Below are positions 36,063-48,716 of a stretch of 64,000 nucleotides of DNA, in pieces. The stretch spans positions 1 to 64,000 of the forward strand of contig JAHLWZ010000173.1 of NCBI GenBank assembly GCA_020536535.1, in the 5' to 3' direction. The notes under the pieces were generated by a model, which was not told the DNA's origin, searched no databases, and saw nothing but the letters and a program-made list of their open reading frames with translations. Position 1 is the first letter of the stretch, and each line of letters starts with the position of its first letter. This DNA is from Pelomyxa schiedti (Eukaryota > Protista > Evosea). The position numbers and the translations under genes are program-made.

Positions 36063-38293
36063 CTAAGGGGCGTTGTTTGGGGTGGGGATTGCTTGCTGTT
36101 GTCTGTTTATGTGTATTTGACACAGTTCTATCTTCGCTGTTTCAGTGTCCTTGTCAGAATAACCAAGTAGTCTGGTGAAGTACGACTCCGCGTCGTCTAG
36201 ATTGCCATGTGCCTTGGCCCATGTGCCCAAAAACATCAGGTCCTCGGCAACCTCTGGACCTCCGACCTGAACCCAGTGTGAGTATGTATCCATAGTAGTC
36301 CTTGGGAGCCAAAAAAAGCAAACCTTCTCCGCATCTCTGCGTGCAAGGTCCGCTCTATAATACTCAAATGCCTGAGCTGCATCCCCTTTTTTGTTGTGCA
36401 GGCCAGCCAGCCTGTGCAAAGTTGATGAAACGCCGGTTGGTGCTTCGAGTGTGTTGGCGCGAGTAAAGCACTCTATTGCAGAATCCGTGTTCCCAAGAGT
36501 GCTGTAAATGTCACCCAATGCTGCCCACATCCTCTCATCGTTCGGGCGTAGAGATACAGCCTATTAAGGGTGAGAATTACTAATGTATCCCGGTTAGACA
36601 ACCTTTCGGAAGTACCACATCGCGTACAGTGGTTGTTTCAGAACTTGGTAGGTAGTTCCTAAGCCATTCCACGCCTTGAAGTCCCGCTTATTTATTTCAA
36701 CCTATACCCATTTTATTGGTACTGCTTTCTGCAGAAAACGAGAAACGATACTGCTTTCCAGAAGGAAGATACTGCAGTTTGAACATCCCGGAGCAACAAG
36801 TATTCAAGCCCCATCAAAGTGTATGCTTTTTGGAACGTTGATTTGGTTGTTTGTAATGGGAGAATGACAGACACCATCAGACTTTCGGGGGTCAAACATA
36901 GCAGCACGTTGGAAGTAGGTCACTGCTCTCCTACTGTAGTCCTCAGCAAGTTGAGAGTTCGATGCCACAATTTGTCTACCACTGAGGCTGAAATAATTTC
37001 CAACAACAATGCAGGTTTCCGACCTCTGTTTATCAGTCTCAGAGGTAGATCGGGCAAGAAGAGCAAGATGAGCCATGTCATGCTAAGAAAAGTCAGCAAG
37101 GAAACAATCATACAATGTGAACATTAAGATAGAAAATGTGACTGTAGTCATCGACATGGTCAAGGCAAAATGGATCATCATGATAAAGTTGCTGAAAGGC
37201 TGACATAGCCTTGTCATATTCTTCGAAAGCGTTACACAGTGGTTGATGTCTCATTTCCCCATACCTCTTAATTGGAAATATGCTGATGCAATCTTTGCTC
37301 TGAAAAAGCTATTGCCAGGGAATTGTTGCAACAAGCTGGAAAATGCTTCTAGTGCAGATGCATGTTGTTGGAGAATAAATAAGCTGTATGCGTAAAATAC
37401 ATTCCGCATGACATGTGGTGCTATATTCGTTGCCACAAGTTGTGACACCTATTTCCTTTTAATTGAATGGAGGCTCTTTGCTTTACCTCTGATTCATCAG
37501 CACACAATTCAGCAAGATCGATCCATGCTGAGATATTCCATGGGAAGTTATTGACTGACCTCACTAGACTCTGGTCACTTATAAAAATCTTGTATTTGTA
37601 AAAAAAAAAAAAAAAGGAACCCACTTCCTTTGCTTCAGGAATAAACTGTAACTCTCTTGTGACAATTCCCAGGATCCAGTCACAGAAGGCATTAGGTTTG
37701 AGGCCTCTACCAGCCCCAGTGGTAATTTTCTCCCGTATCACGAGAAGTGATGCATTGCGATGTGAAGAAGGCCTCATACTGTCGAGACCTGGTCCCCCTG
37801 GTCCTTCTATTCCTAGTTAGAGGAAGTTGTTTTGAAGTAGGAACAACTGTCAGAAGAATCCTCACTGTACCGTTTCTCAATGGCCTTCAGATTAATTAGA
37901 CAGGAAAACTGTAAAAGAAAACCAAAAATCGCACCAAGAAATCAGAATAGACGTGAAGAAAAAGTTCGTCGGCATTCGTGGGATCGGACAAAACCCAAGA
38001 AGCACGAGCAAACTCCCCAACATCAAAAAGTGACTTGGCTCGCGTGTATCTTGCACTAAACCCATAATTCGCAACCCCGCCAGGCGTAGTCGTCGAGGTA
38101 CTTTTTCCTTCTTCGCCAACACCACCGCAACAGCACATCAACCCAGTGAGCCTGTGCTCTATCTTCAAAACAAAAGAAAAAAAAGGTCAAAACACAGAAA
38201 CGAAAACGGGTCATGGGACACTAATTACCAGGAACACGACTTCGGCAGCCCACGATCTGACAGCTGTCTCACCGCGACCGCGATTTCCTCCAT
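36063..38293 (-). CDS. CDC23: Anaphase-promoting complex subunit 8 (CDC23), TPR protein, spliced
   Basis: MEEIAVAVRQLSDRGL; AKSLFDVGEFARASWVL; SVNNFPWNISAWIDL; ETCIVVGNYFSL; AVTYFQRA; AYTLMGLEY; DERMWAALGDIY. Confidence 0.9.
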
Positions 38294-38364
38294 CACAATA
38301 AGTCACTAAAAATTGGAGATTCTCGTCTTCCTAGAATATGCTTTTTTGTTTTGATCGGAGTCGT

Positions 38365-40554
38365 TCAGTGGCCTAGCTTTGCCCAGAGGGAAGAGCGAGT
38401 GAGAATGAACTTGCGGAACCATAATAGGGTTTCGCGAGTTGGTGCCGAGGACGGCGGCAAGTCGTGGAAGATCTCTGCCAGTACTTCCTGTGACAGGCCA
38501 CGGTTCCTCATTGCATATTCCAGGTGAACCGGCGTTGTCAATAGGCCGCCTATTAGGTTCCCGGTTGTGAGAAGGTTCTCACCTGTTACCTCTGGGAACA
38601 CCTTCAGCAGCATCTTCCACATTGGAAACGAGATGTCTCCAGTCTTGCTGACCTGTTTTGTTTTGTTTTGTTTGTGTGGTAAATGGGGGTCTGGGAGTGG
38701 GTAGAAAACCTCAGCCAAATTGACATGAAAGTGGTGAATGAACCACTCGGCGCATCTCGTTTTTCCAGATTCCATAAGCTTAGAAAGTATCACACCCTTA
38801 TTGACAAGCTGCTCAGTAATATGAAACTCATGAATCAGCCGCTTGAGGACTTTGCTGCAACAGAAGTCTTGTTCGCAGATGTGAATGCGAAAGGAGACCT
38901 CCCCAGGAGTTAGACCCCCATGCGAAACAATCTGGGTAAGAAGGGGGCTCCAGCCACCTTGATCATCAAGTGCGGTCGCCAGTGCTTTCAACCACTGCCT
39001 CTTGATTTGCTCGCTTTGTGCTGGGAAAGCGAAGAGGTTCAACAAGAAAGCCAAGACAGAGTAGGTTGATGCACAAAGCGCCTTCGCAACAGTGACCTCC
39101 TTGATGATGCTCACGGGGATGTGCCGGAAGAACCACTTGATTCCTCTTACATCGCCGTAGTTGTAGTAGCCGCGGCACAGCGTTAGCAGAGCGGAATTTG
39201 CCTGTTCCGTGTCAGCTCCAACATTCTTTTCCATCACACTAAAGGTAGATTCTAACCAGTTAGCAACTGTGATGTTACAACGCGTCAGTGCCTTTATAAG
39301 GGCTTCCTTCCTGTGGGCTGGCGTAAGATTTACTACCCTTGAAAGCACCTTCACGCAGTTCAAGTCATCTTTGAAGTTCCCGCAGGCTTCAACAAATGTG
39401 TCAGGTTTGATTGATATAGGGAAATGCTCAACAACCCACTCAACAGATTCCAGGCCCTCAACCTCTCTCCACCACCACCTGATACTTCCCGTCAGTTGTA
39501 CACCTTGAGTATCCAACAGCCACTTTAGTGATTCCACGCTCGAAGTGTTGTCAGTAACTGTTTGCAGCGCCGGCTGATCAAAGTGGAAGTAGGATTTGAG
39601 CCACTGGAACGCCTCGATTCTTTCCCTCAGAGTCAGGCCGCGGTTGCTCAACACGCCCCAAGCAAACACCATCGGCGAGGAGGTCTCAGAGGAAGCTCCC
39701 CACTTCCACCCCTCTGGGAACAGCCCGACCAGCCACTTGATCATCTCCAGGTTGCCGCCAAACGAGAAGCCGCAGGGGTAGTCGAAGCCCAGGGTGTTGA
39801 AGGCCCAGCCGACGCCGAAGGAGCCCCACATCCACTGGGCCACGTCCAGCCGGCCCGCCGCGACCGCGGCCGCGAAGGGCGCCGCGAGGTCCCAGTTGTC
39901 GCGCAGGCGGAAGCGCGAGGCGACCCACTTGGCGGTCTCGAGGTGGCCGGCGCGGCACGCCTCGGAGAGCAGCGTGTCGTCGTGGTCGCGGTACTGCCCG
40001 ACGTCGACCGCGCGGACCTCGTCCCGCAGGTCGTTCTCGCCCGCGGGCCACGCCAGCCCCGCGGCCCGCGCCCAGGACGGCTCGCCCGGGCCGCCGTCGA
40101 CGAGCTGCTGGGCCATGGCCAGGTGGCCGCCGCCGCAGAGGCCCCAGAGGACGCTGAGGCACTCGCGGGTGCCCCCGCTGCCGTCGTGGGAGCGGTGGCG
40201 CAGGATCCAGCGGACGCACGAGGCGCTGCCGGCCAGCGCGGCGCAGCGGAGGTCGAAGTGGTGCGAGTGCACCTCCTCGTAGGCGGCCCTTGGGCGCGGC
40301 ACCACGTGGGGCGCGGCGGCCACGCCGCGGCACACCAGCGCCACGAGGGGGAACAGCGCCTCGGCCACGCCGAACGCCCACACGACGCCGGCGCGGTCCA
40401 GGAGCTCGGTGCTGCTGGTGAGCACCGGCTCGACGGCGTACTCCCACGCGACGCGCGATAGGGAGAGAATGGCGGCGGTCTGCCGTTGCCTGCACAAATT
40501 TGAGCCTGTTGCAGCGCTCGCCGCCCTGTCGGCGTTCTGTGCCTCCTGATGCAT
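38365..40554 (-). CDS. Intronless protein of about 730 aa with degenerate ankyrin-like repeats
   Basis: Single ORF with first ATG at 40554. Repeats include AALAGSASCVRWIL, LCGGGHLAMAQQL, LLSEACRAGHLETAKWV and AAVAAGRLDVAQWM. Confidence 0.8.
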   Translation of the reverse strand: MHQEAQNADRAASAATGSNLCRQRQTAAILSLSRVAWEYAVEPVLTSSTELLDRAGVVWAFGVAEALFPLVALVCRGVAAAPHVVPRPRAAYEEVHSHHFDLRCAALAGSASCVRWILRHRSHDGSGGTRECLSVLWGLCGGGHLAMAQQLVDGGPGEPSWARAAGLAWPAGENDLRDEVRAVDVGQYRDHDDTLLSEACRAGHLETAKWVASRFRLRDNWDLAAPFAAAVAAGRLDVAQWMWGSFGVGWAFNTLGFDYPCGFSFGGNLEMIKWLVGLFPEGWKWGASSETSSPMVFAWGVLSNRGLTLRERIEAFQWLKSYFHFDQPALQTVTDNTSSVESLKWLLDTQGVQLTGSIRWWWREVEGLESVEWVVEHFPISIKPDTFVEACGNFKDDLNCVKVLSRVVNLTPAHRKEALIKALTRCNITVANWLESTFSVMEKNVGADTEQANSALLTLCRGYYNYGDVRGIKWFFRHIPVSIIKEVTVAKALCASTYSVLAFLLNLFAFPAQSEQIKRQWLKALATALDDQGGWSPLLTQIVSHGGLTPGEVSFRIHICEQDFCCSKVLKRLIHEFHITEQLVNKGVILSKLMESGKTRCAEWFIHHFHVNLAEVFYPLPDPHLPHKQNKTKQVSKTGDISFPMWKMLLKVFPEVTGENLLTTGNLIGGLLTTPVHLEYAMRNRGLSQEVLAEIFHDLPPSSAPTRETLLWFRKFILTRSSLWAKLGH

Positions 40555-40660
40555 CACTTTCTTGTAACGACTTCTCTTGGGGAAAAAAAAAAAGTGCTTC
40601 AATCTAATCAATGTTGTGGGGTGTTGTTCACCCCCAGACCAAGCTTAGGCAACCCCACAT

Positions 40661-41323
40661 TTATTGCTTCCGCTCCAGCTCCCGCACCCAAACGATCATC
40701 TCATTGTGGGGAGGTTCCACTACAACATACGACGTGCCATCAGACCTACGCCAATCGTCAACAGCCATGCTGGCCGCAGGCCTGAACCCCAGCCTCCCCC
40801 CGCAAGTCTTGGCAGTGAACCCGCTCACAGTCAGCACGACGGCGTGCGAGAATCCCATTTTCCCGGCCGCGTCCAGGCTGGCCACCGTCATTGCGTGATA
40901 CAGCCCCCTCGATGCATATTCCCTGTCGACCCCAGCACAGAGCAAATCCACAACCACCCCGCGCTCCTCCAAATTCGTCACCCCGAGGTGCCGAATCCCC
41001 TTGGCCTCCAGAGCCTCGCACATGGGAGCGAATTCAGCCCAGTCACCCATTGGGACCGGACTCACCCACGGCCTCGTGTGGATAGCGGCCATGTCGATGG
41101 TGATCCGGGCACCCACGAGCCTGTTGCCGTCCAGTGCCACCGTCGACAGGGCCTGGCACGTGGGGTCCTGGAGCTCCCACTCGACCTGCTGGGCCAGATG
41201 TGCCGCAGCGTTGGGGATTCTGTGGCGTTGTGGTCTCCGAAAGCCTGCTGAATGAGTTGGGCTACTTGGTGGTGGTCCACTGTTGTATCCCTGATGGGGA
41301 GAACACGCAGCATTTGTGTGTAG
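40661..41323 (-). CDS. GNAT acetyltransferase (AANAT-like fold) with an unresolved frame discontinuity near 41180-41250
   Basis: C-terminal frame: LSTVALDGNRLVGARI...DLLCAGVDREYASRGLYHAMTVASLDAAGKMGF...VLTVSGFTAKTCGGRLGF. The N-terminal MLRVLPIRD...QVAQLIQQAF lies in a different frame. Confidence 0.75.
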   Translation of the reverse strand, partial: LHTNAACSPHQGYNSGPPPSSPTHSAGFRRPQRHRIPNAAAHLAQQVEWELQDPTCQALSTVALDGNRLVGARITIDMAAIHTRPWVSPVPMGDWAEFAPMCEALEAKGIRHLGVTNLEERGVVVDLLCAGVDREYASRGLYHAMTVASLDAAGKMGFSHAVVLTVSGFTAKTCGGRLGFRPAASMAVDDWRRSDGTSYVVVEPPHNEMIVWVRELERKQ

Positions 41324-41570
41324 TTTTGGTGTTTGTTGGCAAGACTCCCGGTTTGGGATTCATGATGGTGCTCATGGGGCGTCTGAGAAAATGACAACAT
41401 TGAAATTGGAAATGACTTGAAAACCAAGGTACAATCTCGGAACTACGGCCGGCTACTCCATCAATTCATCACACCACCCTTGAAGGAGCGATTATCCCTT
41501 TGCAACACCATTTTAAAGAAATTGAACCAAAACTCTTTTTTTTTATTATTCTATTTTTATCCAGGGATGT

Positions 41571-42846
41571 TCAAGCCAGTTCGCCACAATCCTTTTATTA
41601 TTGTTGGGATGGTTCAATGAATGACGGTATAGTACCTTGATTACAACAGTCTTTGATGGTTTGCCATCAGGAGTACCCACAGCTTCCATCTTACTAACAA
41701 CTTCTATTCCCTCCAAAACTTTTCCAAAAACAACCTAAATTTGTTATATAAAGTGTGGAGAAAATAGCATCTCTCATACATGGCGTCCATCAAGGTGAGG
41801 GGTAGCCACTGTGGTAATGAAAAACTGGCTTCCTTGAATGGCGTTGATTGGGGTGACAAATATATTTCTACTTACACACCATTGGTATTTGGGCCGCTAT
41901 TTGCCATAGATAGCATTCCTGGTTCTGCATGCTTGATTCCAAATTTCTCGTCGTCAAATTTGGCGCCGTAGATGGACTCACCCCCTGAAGAAAGATTATT
42001 AAAAGAAGTGGCGAAGGTGTACACAGAACCTGTGCCATCGCCAGCTGTAAAATCTCCTCCCTGGCACATAAACTTCGGGATTATCCTGTGGAATGAGCAA
42101 TCCTATTTAAAGTTATTTTAACTTGAATTCCTGATGGGTTATGTTGTCATCTGCCCTTACCTTGTAGTGAAGGGGTTTCCCAGAGTTACCTACTCCGTGA
42201 TCACCTTTGCACAATGCCCTGAAGTTCTCTGTTGTCTAGGAAAGTGAGCGCACTGGCAAATAAGGAGCCCACTAACCTTTGGTACATGTCTTCCAAAGAG
42301 GCCAATGACAATTCTCTCCGGTGCCTCGTCTCCAATGGAAATGTCCATGAAACACCGCGATGTAATTGTTGTATCGGCTGGAAGGTTTTCCTTGGAAAGG
42401 GCATATTCCCAGGTTTTGTAGGTAGTTTTTTTTGGAAGAACGACTAGAAGAATAATACTAGTTGGCCATAATAGGTTTGAAAGAGAGAGCACACCTTCAA
42501 CGCAACGCTTTCCTTTGTCAGTCGAGATTTCCCAAAATACATCGTCAATTACAACCGGATTTGTTATAGTGTCTTGTACTATGGGTGTTTGTCCCTTTAT
42601 CCCAACCACTACAAGAAATCAGAAAAATAAAAATTATAGGGAAAAAAAGGGGGAAGGGAAATAAAAAAAAAACCCAAGGTTACAAATGAAGGGGTATAAC
42701 TAGTGAAATAAAGGGAAACAAGAACCTAATTTTCCTCCAGAGCAAATGAAATGAATGTCACGCGATTTTGCGGCATCAGGAATGGGAATGAAAATTCGAA
42801 CTTCATCATTGTCTTGCTCCCAACGGTACGCGCTTGTCTCACCCAT
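41571..42846 (-). CDS. CS (p23/NudC-like) domain fused to a cyclophilin PPIase, spliced
   Basis: CS domain [15 protein letters not shown]...VIDDVFWEI. Cyclophilin CFMDISIG...[14 protein letters not shown]...[16 protein letters not shown]...[13 protein letters not shown]...[19 protein letters not shown]...HVVFGKV...DCGEL. Confidence 0.92.
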
Positions 42847-42998
42847 CTCGCAACAACAAAAAAAAAGGGCCTTCTCGCTTTGGGTTTTTTTTTTTTTTTT
42901 TTGGGAATATTCGTTTTTGATCGTGGGTGTCGCTTTAAAGGGCGTTTTTGTAGATCTTCCCACGGAAATTCCGCAAATTTTTGATGACATTTAGAGGA

Positions 42999-43515
42999 CT
43001 AGCCATAGAGGAGGCGGAAGAGGTCGTTGAGGATAAAATAGGATCCAGTACTAGTGGGAGCGAGAGTGAAGACCTGACTGAATTTGAGGGGGTTGTCTTG
43101 GTCGACCTGCAAGATTGCATGGGATTAGAATCTATTAGAGGGGATGAGATTGGGAGTCTACCGAGAGGTGGCCAGCAACACAGACCAAAATGACACCTGT
43201 GGGGACTGGTTGCACGTCCGTGGAGGCTACGGCGTGTTGCACGTTGGAGGAAAATCCCATAAGTTTGTTGTGGATCGCATCGACACCTTGGAACCGTTGC
43301 CCCTCCCACGTGAGCATCGACTGCGGTTGCTGTACAGCACCCAACAACGCAATCAATAAGTTCGGTGCATGAAAAGGGGCGGAAAAAAAAAGCCACTCAG
43401 AGAATCAATCAGTACGCACGTATAGGGCTCTTAGATTGACTCGGTTGCCATCAAATGTATTGTAATAATGCTGCACGAATGCCTTCCCGACACCCTCGAC
43501 ATCAACTGTAGCCAT
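42999..43515 (-). CDS. NTF2: Nuclear transport factor 2, spliced
   Basis: MATVDVEGVGKAFVQHYYNTFD...SMLTWEGQRFQG...DVQP...VDQDNPLKFSQVFTLAP...YFILNDLFRLLYG*. Confidence 0.95.
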
Positions 43516-43736
43516 TTGTCTACCACCACCAATTATTAATAAAAAGGAAGAAAGAAAAAATTGACATCACGAATTCCCTGCCTGATTGGCAGGAACTACC
43601 CATGCCGAGGAACTTCCCATTTCCGTATTAACTCAAGATCTTCTTTGTTGGTGGCAGAGTTTGTGGGTCAGAAATCTCCTCGCCATGAAGCCTGTCGGCC
43701 TGGCCACTGTAACCAGATTCTGCGAGTCATCGACCG

Positions 43737-45523
43737 ATGTGGTGGCCGTTCGTTGTATTCGGTAAGGGATGATGCGCGAGGTTTTTGTTTCCACCGACCA
43801 TATCACATGACAGGGGCAGTGTGCGTTGGACTGCTTGCAGTCGCACAGACTGCGGAAGTTCAACGGCTCGTGCAAATGGCAGAGCCCGTGCCCACAGGCG
43901 AAAAGGCGGAATTGGCTGATGAGGTCCTCCGAAATGAGCAATATTTACGGAAATACTTCAACCAGGAGGTTGTACTGGATGCCTCAATTTCGACCTGACT
44001 TTATGCTAATCGCTCTTTACGAGCAGGACTTGGAACTATTGACCAAGTTTCATGCAAAGAAATTGGCTTCTGCTACAACTACTGTGTTACGCCAAGGCAG
44101 ATTGACAATTTTGGGTATGAAGCCAGTACTAGTACTGTAGCGTAGCTTACAATGTTCAAGTTAACAACGAGGACGTGGATGGAGACCAGGGCAGACAGAG
44201 AGAAGGTATATTGCTTGACATAGGAGCTTCAGCAGAACACCACGTCGCATTTCAGTCAATCTTGCATGACCACAACTCCGAGCTTGCTGCTGTACGGGAG
44301 ATCCTTGGAGAAATGCCTTACGAGTTGCTCGAGTTCAGATCCTATTTGTTACTCATGTCGCAATTATTAGAACGAAGAATCTCCATTTACATGGACTGGA
44401 TAATATCGTCATACGGGGATTTTCTCAACTTCTTCTTGCGTACCTGAGGTATGAGATAACTTACACTTTTTCCTAGCCCCATTTGTAACTACTGTAGTGG
44501 TCCCACAAACTTTTTGGACCCATGGGGAGATCAGGTACCTGGGACTTTAGAGAGATGGTTGTTTCTAACAAGTCAATTTCTAGAAAGAAGATATTGTGGA
44601 GCTACTGAAGACCTCAGCCTATGTCTCAAACTACTGGTCAAAGCTTGTTACTTCCAAACATGTTTGTACCTATTTTAGAATGCTAGGTTTTATTTATTAC
44701 ATGCCTCAGGAAGTATGGGCCGATTTTGATGAGCTTGTATATGGTCTTCTAGATTTACAGTTTGACCGTATTTCCACGTTGCCTCCTACATAGAGTTAAC
44801 AGTGCACAGTTAAGAAGGAGCTTAAGGATATTGGGGGTTACTCCGACTCCGAACAGTGGTTCAAATTAATGAAAGTTTGTATTGTTACGCCTTATCACCT
44901 CTAACGTTATGAATAGAAGCTTCTTTATCTCATGATAGACGAGATCAAAGTAACCGAGACGGTTGATCTTGTCTCAGTTCAAGTAACCGGTTGCATTATC
45001 CATAATTTTTGAACTTAATGGATGCAGGAATGGATTGAAAGCCTGGCTATCGACAACCCATCACTTGCCCTGAATTTGTGGGTAAAAGCATTTGACTATT
45101 TTGACATAACCTTCTATCAAACTCTCTTATCCACTACAATTGTTGAGGTACATTTCCCTCATTACAATATGTCCGTGTGCAAGAGTGTTGTTGTGTAGAG
45201 AAGCAAACACATAAGAAAGCCAGATTTTGCGCAAAATAGAGCCGGAGCCCTTGATCGCCGTTCTTGGGCCAGTACAAGGTTCTTACATCTGCCAGACCTT
45301 ATCCAATCGATACCCTGATACTTTGTATGGATTAATTCGGCCTCCATGTAAATTCACTCTATACAGCACCCACAACTGGGAAGTTGTGCTTCTTGAAATT
45401 TTTGAGTGTGACGTTCTTGGAATGCAGGCGTCATGCAAAGTACGTTTACACCCACAATCAAAGCAAGGTCTAACAACAATCTACCAGGATCACGAACCCA
45501 TTAGACTCCAGTGGGAAGTTTAG
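43737..45523 (+). CDS. Hypothetical multi-exon protein, possibly with a signal peptide
   Basis: Exon-like ORFs join through GT-AG introns (MWWPFVVF|GAVCVGLLAVAQTAEVQ...YLRKYFNQE|DLELL...). No family recognised and the end is tentative. Confidence 0.5.
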
Positions 45524-45766
45524 AGTCCGTTTGCACCAGCAAGAGCTGTGCCTGACAGGTGTCTGTTCACCATAAACAAGATGTGTGTTTGAAACATTCA
45601 AATCAGAACCAAACGTAGGATTATTCCTCTATGTGCACGTGTTGGTGTATCGTTTTCCTGGAGCTGAAACCAATGCAGAGATCTCTCCACCTCTTCGCGT
45701 GATCAAACGAAACAGCAAGAAGGAAAAAAAAAAAACCAGTAACAAGCAGGAAGAAGAAAAAGAAAA

Positions 45767-48433
45767 ATGTTTGGGGCGGGTGATGACGACAAAGTGCTCC
45801 AGGCACGAGCAGGAGCTCAGTCCAAGCGAGTGGACTACGAGGCAGAGAGAAAGTTCGTGGTTTCTCTCTTTGTTGTTTGTTTTGTGGGCGATCGGTTTTC
45901 TTTTTTTTTTTTCCTTTTTCTTTTTTTGCCCACAAAACAAAAAGGTTGGCTGAAATTCTAGAGCTGTTCCTGAGTGGTGGATATTTCCGAGCTCGTGTTA
46001 ATGGCATATCTCCATTTGATAAAGTTAGTTGCTACATCGTTGCTTTTACGGTCCTAAACTTGTTAGATTCTTGGAGGTCTTGCATGGGCTATCAGTGCTT
46101 GCAACCAAGACGTCGACTTGGATATTTTCCAGGAGAATGCTCCTCTTGGTGTTAAATTGTATCTAATGTTACTTTTGAGATTTTGCTAACGCAGCTCAGA
46201 CGGCTTGGAGAAAATATTGTAAGGGCCTTGGTCCGCATGAAGTGTCCACACCAACTTCAGACCTTTCAGATCAAAGGTCTTGATTACATCAACATTTTCC
46301 CTGTAGTTCAATGGATCATTAAAAAGGTTTGATTGTACCTATCCCAGCTTTGTCTTAGCAATGTGCACAGGTAATGGAAGCGAGAGCTCAAACTGGTGAT
46401 ATTTTTAGACAGTTCTCAGAATCACAATTCAGGAAGAGTTTTGCTTCCCCCACTGATACAACCCTCAAGCCAACACGGAAGGTTGGCCACCAGCAATGAA
46501 ATCATGTTAATTTCTATATTAGGCTTCTACTGTGTTTATTCAAGGAATTCGCGCCAAAAATAAGCCAACTCGTAAATTCCGTCGTACTAAAAAAGTGGCC
46601 CCCACACCGCAAACAACCCTACTTGAGTATGGTCATATGAAAACTAGGGTACATGGGCCAACTTTTATTTAAAATCTAATTTTTCTTTCACAGGAAACTC
46701 GAAGGGCCGATGATGAGGAATCCGCTGAAGAGGGGTAAAGCAAGAAAAAGTCCCAACTCGCCCATTTTCACCTTATTACATTAGGCAGAACAGGTCCCAG
46801 GAAGAAGAGCAGATTCAAGAGGCTATGAATTCCCTCAGCTCGATAGAGGGCAGTGGGGACAAGGTTGGTGGAAGTGTGGCTGCCTCTTACATACAAATGT
46901 CGGGAGACTTACGGGAAGTACGTACTTTTGTAGGTTAAATCAAGATGTAATCTTGTTTAGGCGGCAACGGAATTTGCCAAAGCAGATGTTGTTACTGGAG
47001 CAGGCCAGGTCATTTCAAGTTTCAAAATGCAGTAAAAATTCTAACAAAAAATGCAGAAAAAAATTGAGGAGAAGTTAGTGGCTTCCAAAACTGCTCAAAT
47101 ACAAAAAGCCATACAACTAAAAACCAAGTACAAGAATACAATTTCCCTTTTTAATCTTTAATATGAACATGAATGCAGGCAATTAGCGGCCTTGAAAGAA
47201 ACGCAGGCAGCGAAAGATGCTGAGCTACAACAACTTCAGGTCTTGTGTACCCTTAGAAAGACAAACAAGACCCATTAACCTTTACACAGGCACAACTCAT
47301 TAAGAAACTGAGACTGAACAAGCGGATTCAAATCGAAATCCAGAAATTAGAACAAATGGAAACTCCTGAGGTTAGCTCTCCTTAACAGCCCGTTTCTCAC
47401 ATTTCATCAGAACTCTGCCCAACTGAAAAAATTGAAAGAACTCATCGAGATCCAAGAAACCCTCAAGATACAAGAAGGAAAATTCCGAGCAAACTGCAAA
47501 CGTCAAATGCAGCAGCTTAAGGATGAAATTGAACGTGCTCGAAAATCCAAGTAAAGCACGCTTTCGTTGTACTGAAAACTGACCACATGAAACCATCAGC
47601 TATGGTGACGAAGAGGATGTAGAGAGAATGGCCTTGATTGCAGAAACCTGGACACAAGCCTCAACGAAGTTAATGAAACTTAAGCAACTTTCAGCAAAGA
47701 AGTCCAGAGTTCGTTAGAGTCTTCCGCAAATTGAACTAAGGAAACACCCAGGACATTGGAATGACTGAGAGAAAGATTGATGAAGTTCCAAGTAGGCTGG
47801 AATTAACAATGTACCAAAGACAATTCGTTGAACTGTATGATCAGGTACCGTTCCTCATGAAAAGATGCACTACTCACCTGTGACAGGTGTCTGTCAAACT
47901 GGCCGAGACCAAACGTTACTACACCACCTATAACACCCTGGTGGACTCTATTAAATGTTATACAAAGGTTGCGAAACGTCACTTTTTTTTGTTCTCAAAT
48001 GGTTAAAGGAAGTGGAAATTCTGGAGCACATACAAGCCAACTACACCGAACTGATGAAAACTAAGACTTCACGGGAAAAATTCATCGAATCCATGGCGTC
48101 GATTATCAAGCAAGTCACTACACAAATTGAGGACGTATGTATTTGCTTGTTACGCCGAGCTCTGCCAACGTGAACCTAACCAACCCCAAGAGAACTGCCA
48201 AACTTGCGGCGGAGAAGGACCACAACTCGAAGCTCACAGAAACACTCAAACAGCTCACAGAAAAGGAGAGGAACTTCTACAAAGCAACACGGGAATTCCA
48301 AGAGGTTACCACAGCACTCCACTCTCACTTTGCTTGAACTTACCCTTACAAACAGGAGTGTGCCACCAACGATAAACTAGAAGAAGAACTCGCCGCGGCA
48401 GCCAAATCACATGCCACATCCGAGGATTCCTGA
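45767..48433 (+). CDS. CCDC93: CCDC93 (CCC/Commander complex coiled-coil subunit), spliced
   Basis: [26 protein letters not shown]; [35 protein letters not shown]; [26 protein letters not shown]...[12 protein letters not shown]. Confidence 0.93.
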
Positions 48434-48716
48434 AACCAAACCAACCATTTGTATCACCCAAAAACCAAATTCCAACCTGAATGCATACTCCATAGAACCT
48501 AACAAATAACAAAGTGGTTTCGTACCCCCAAATTTATTGTGTGACAGTCACCTCACCGAGAATGTTCCTTTTTGTGAAAAGCCAAATTTCATCTGTGATG
48601 GCTGCCCCAGACCTGCATCACCGAAGAACCCGAAACAACAACACCAATTAATGAATTTAAAAAAAATCAAAAAAATCAAAATTTTTGTTTGGGCACCGAA
48701 AAACCAATAAACGAGG

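Noticed and set aside
43807-43960. LLAVAQT...YLRKYF resembling the FANCF N-terminus
   Set aside because: An upstream in-phase exon turns the segment into a signal-peptide-like leader, and no downstream FANCF motifs were found.
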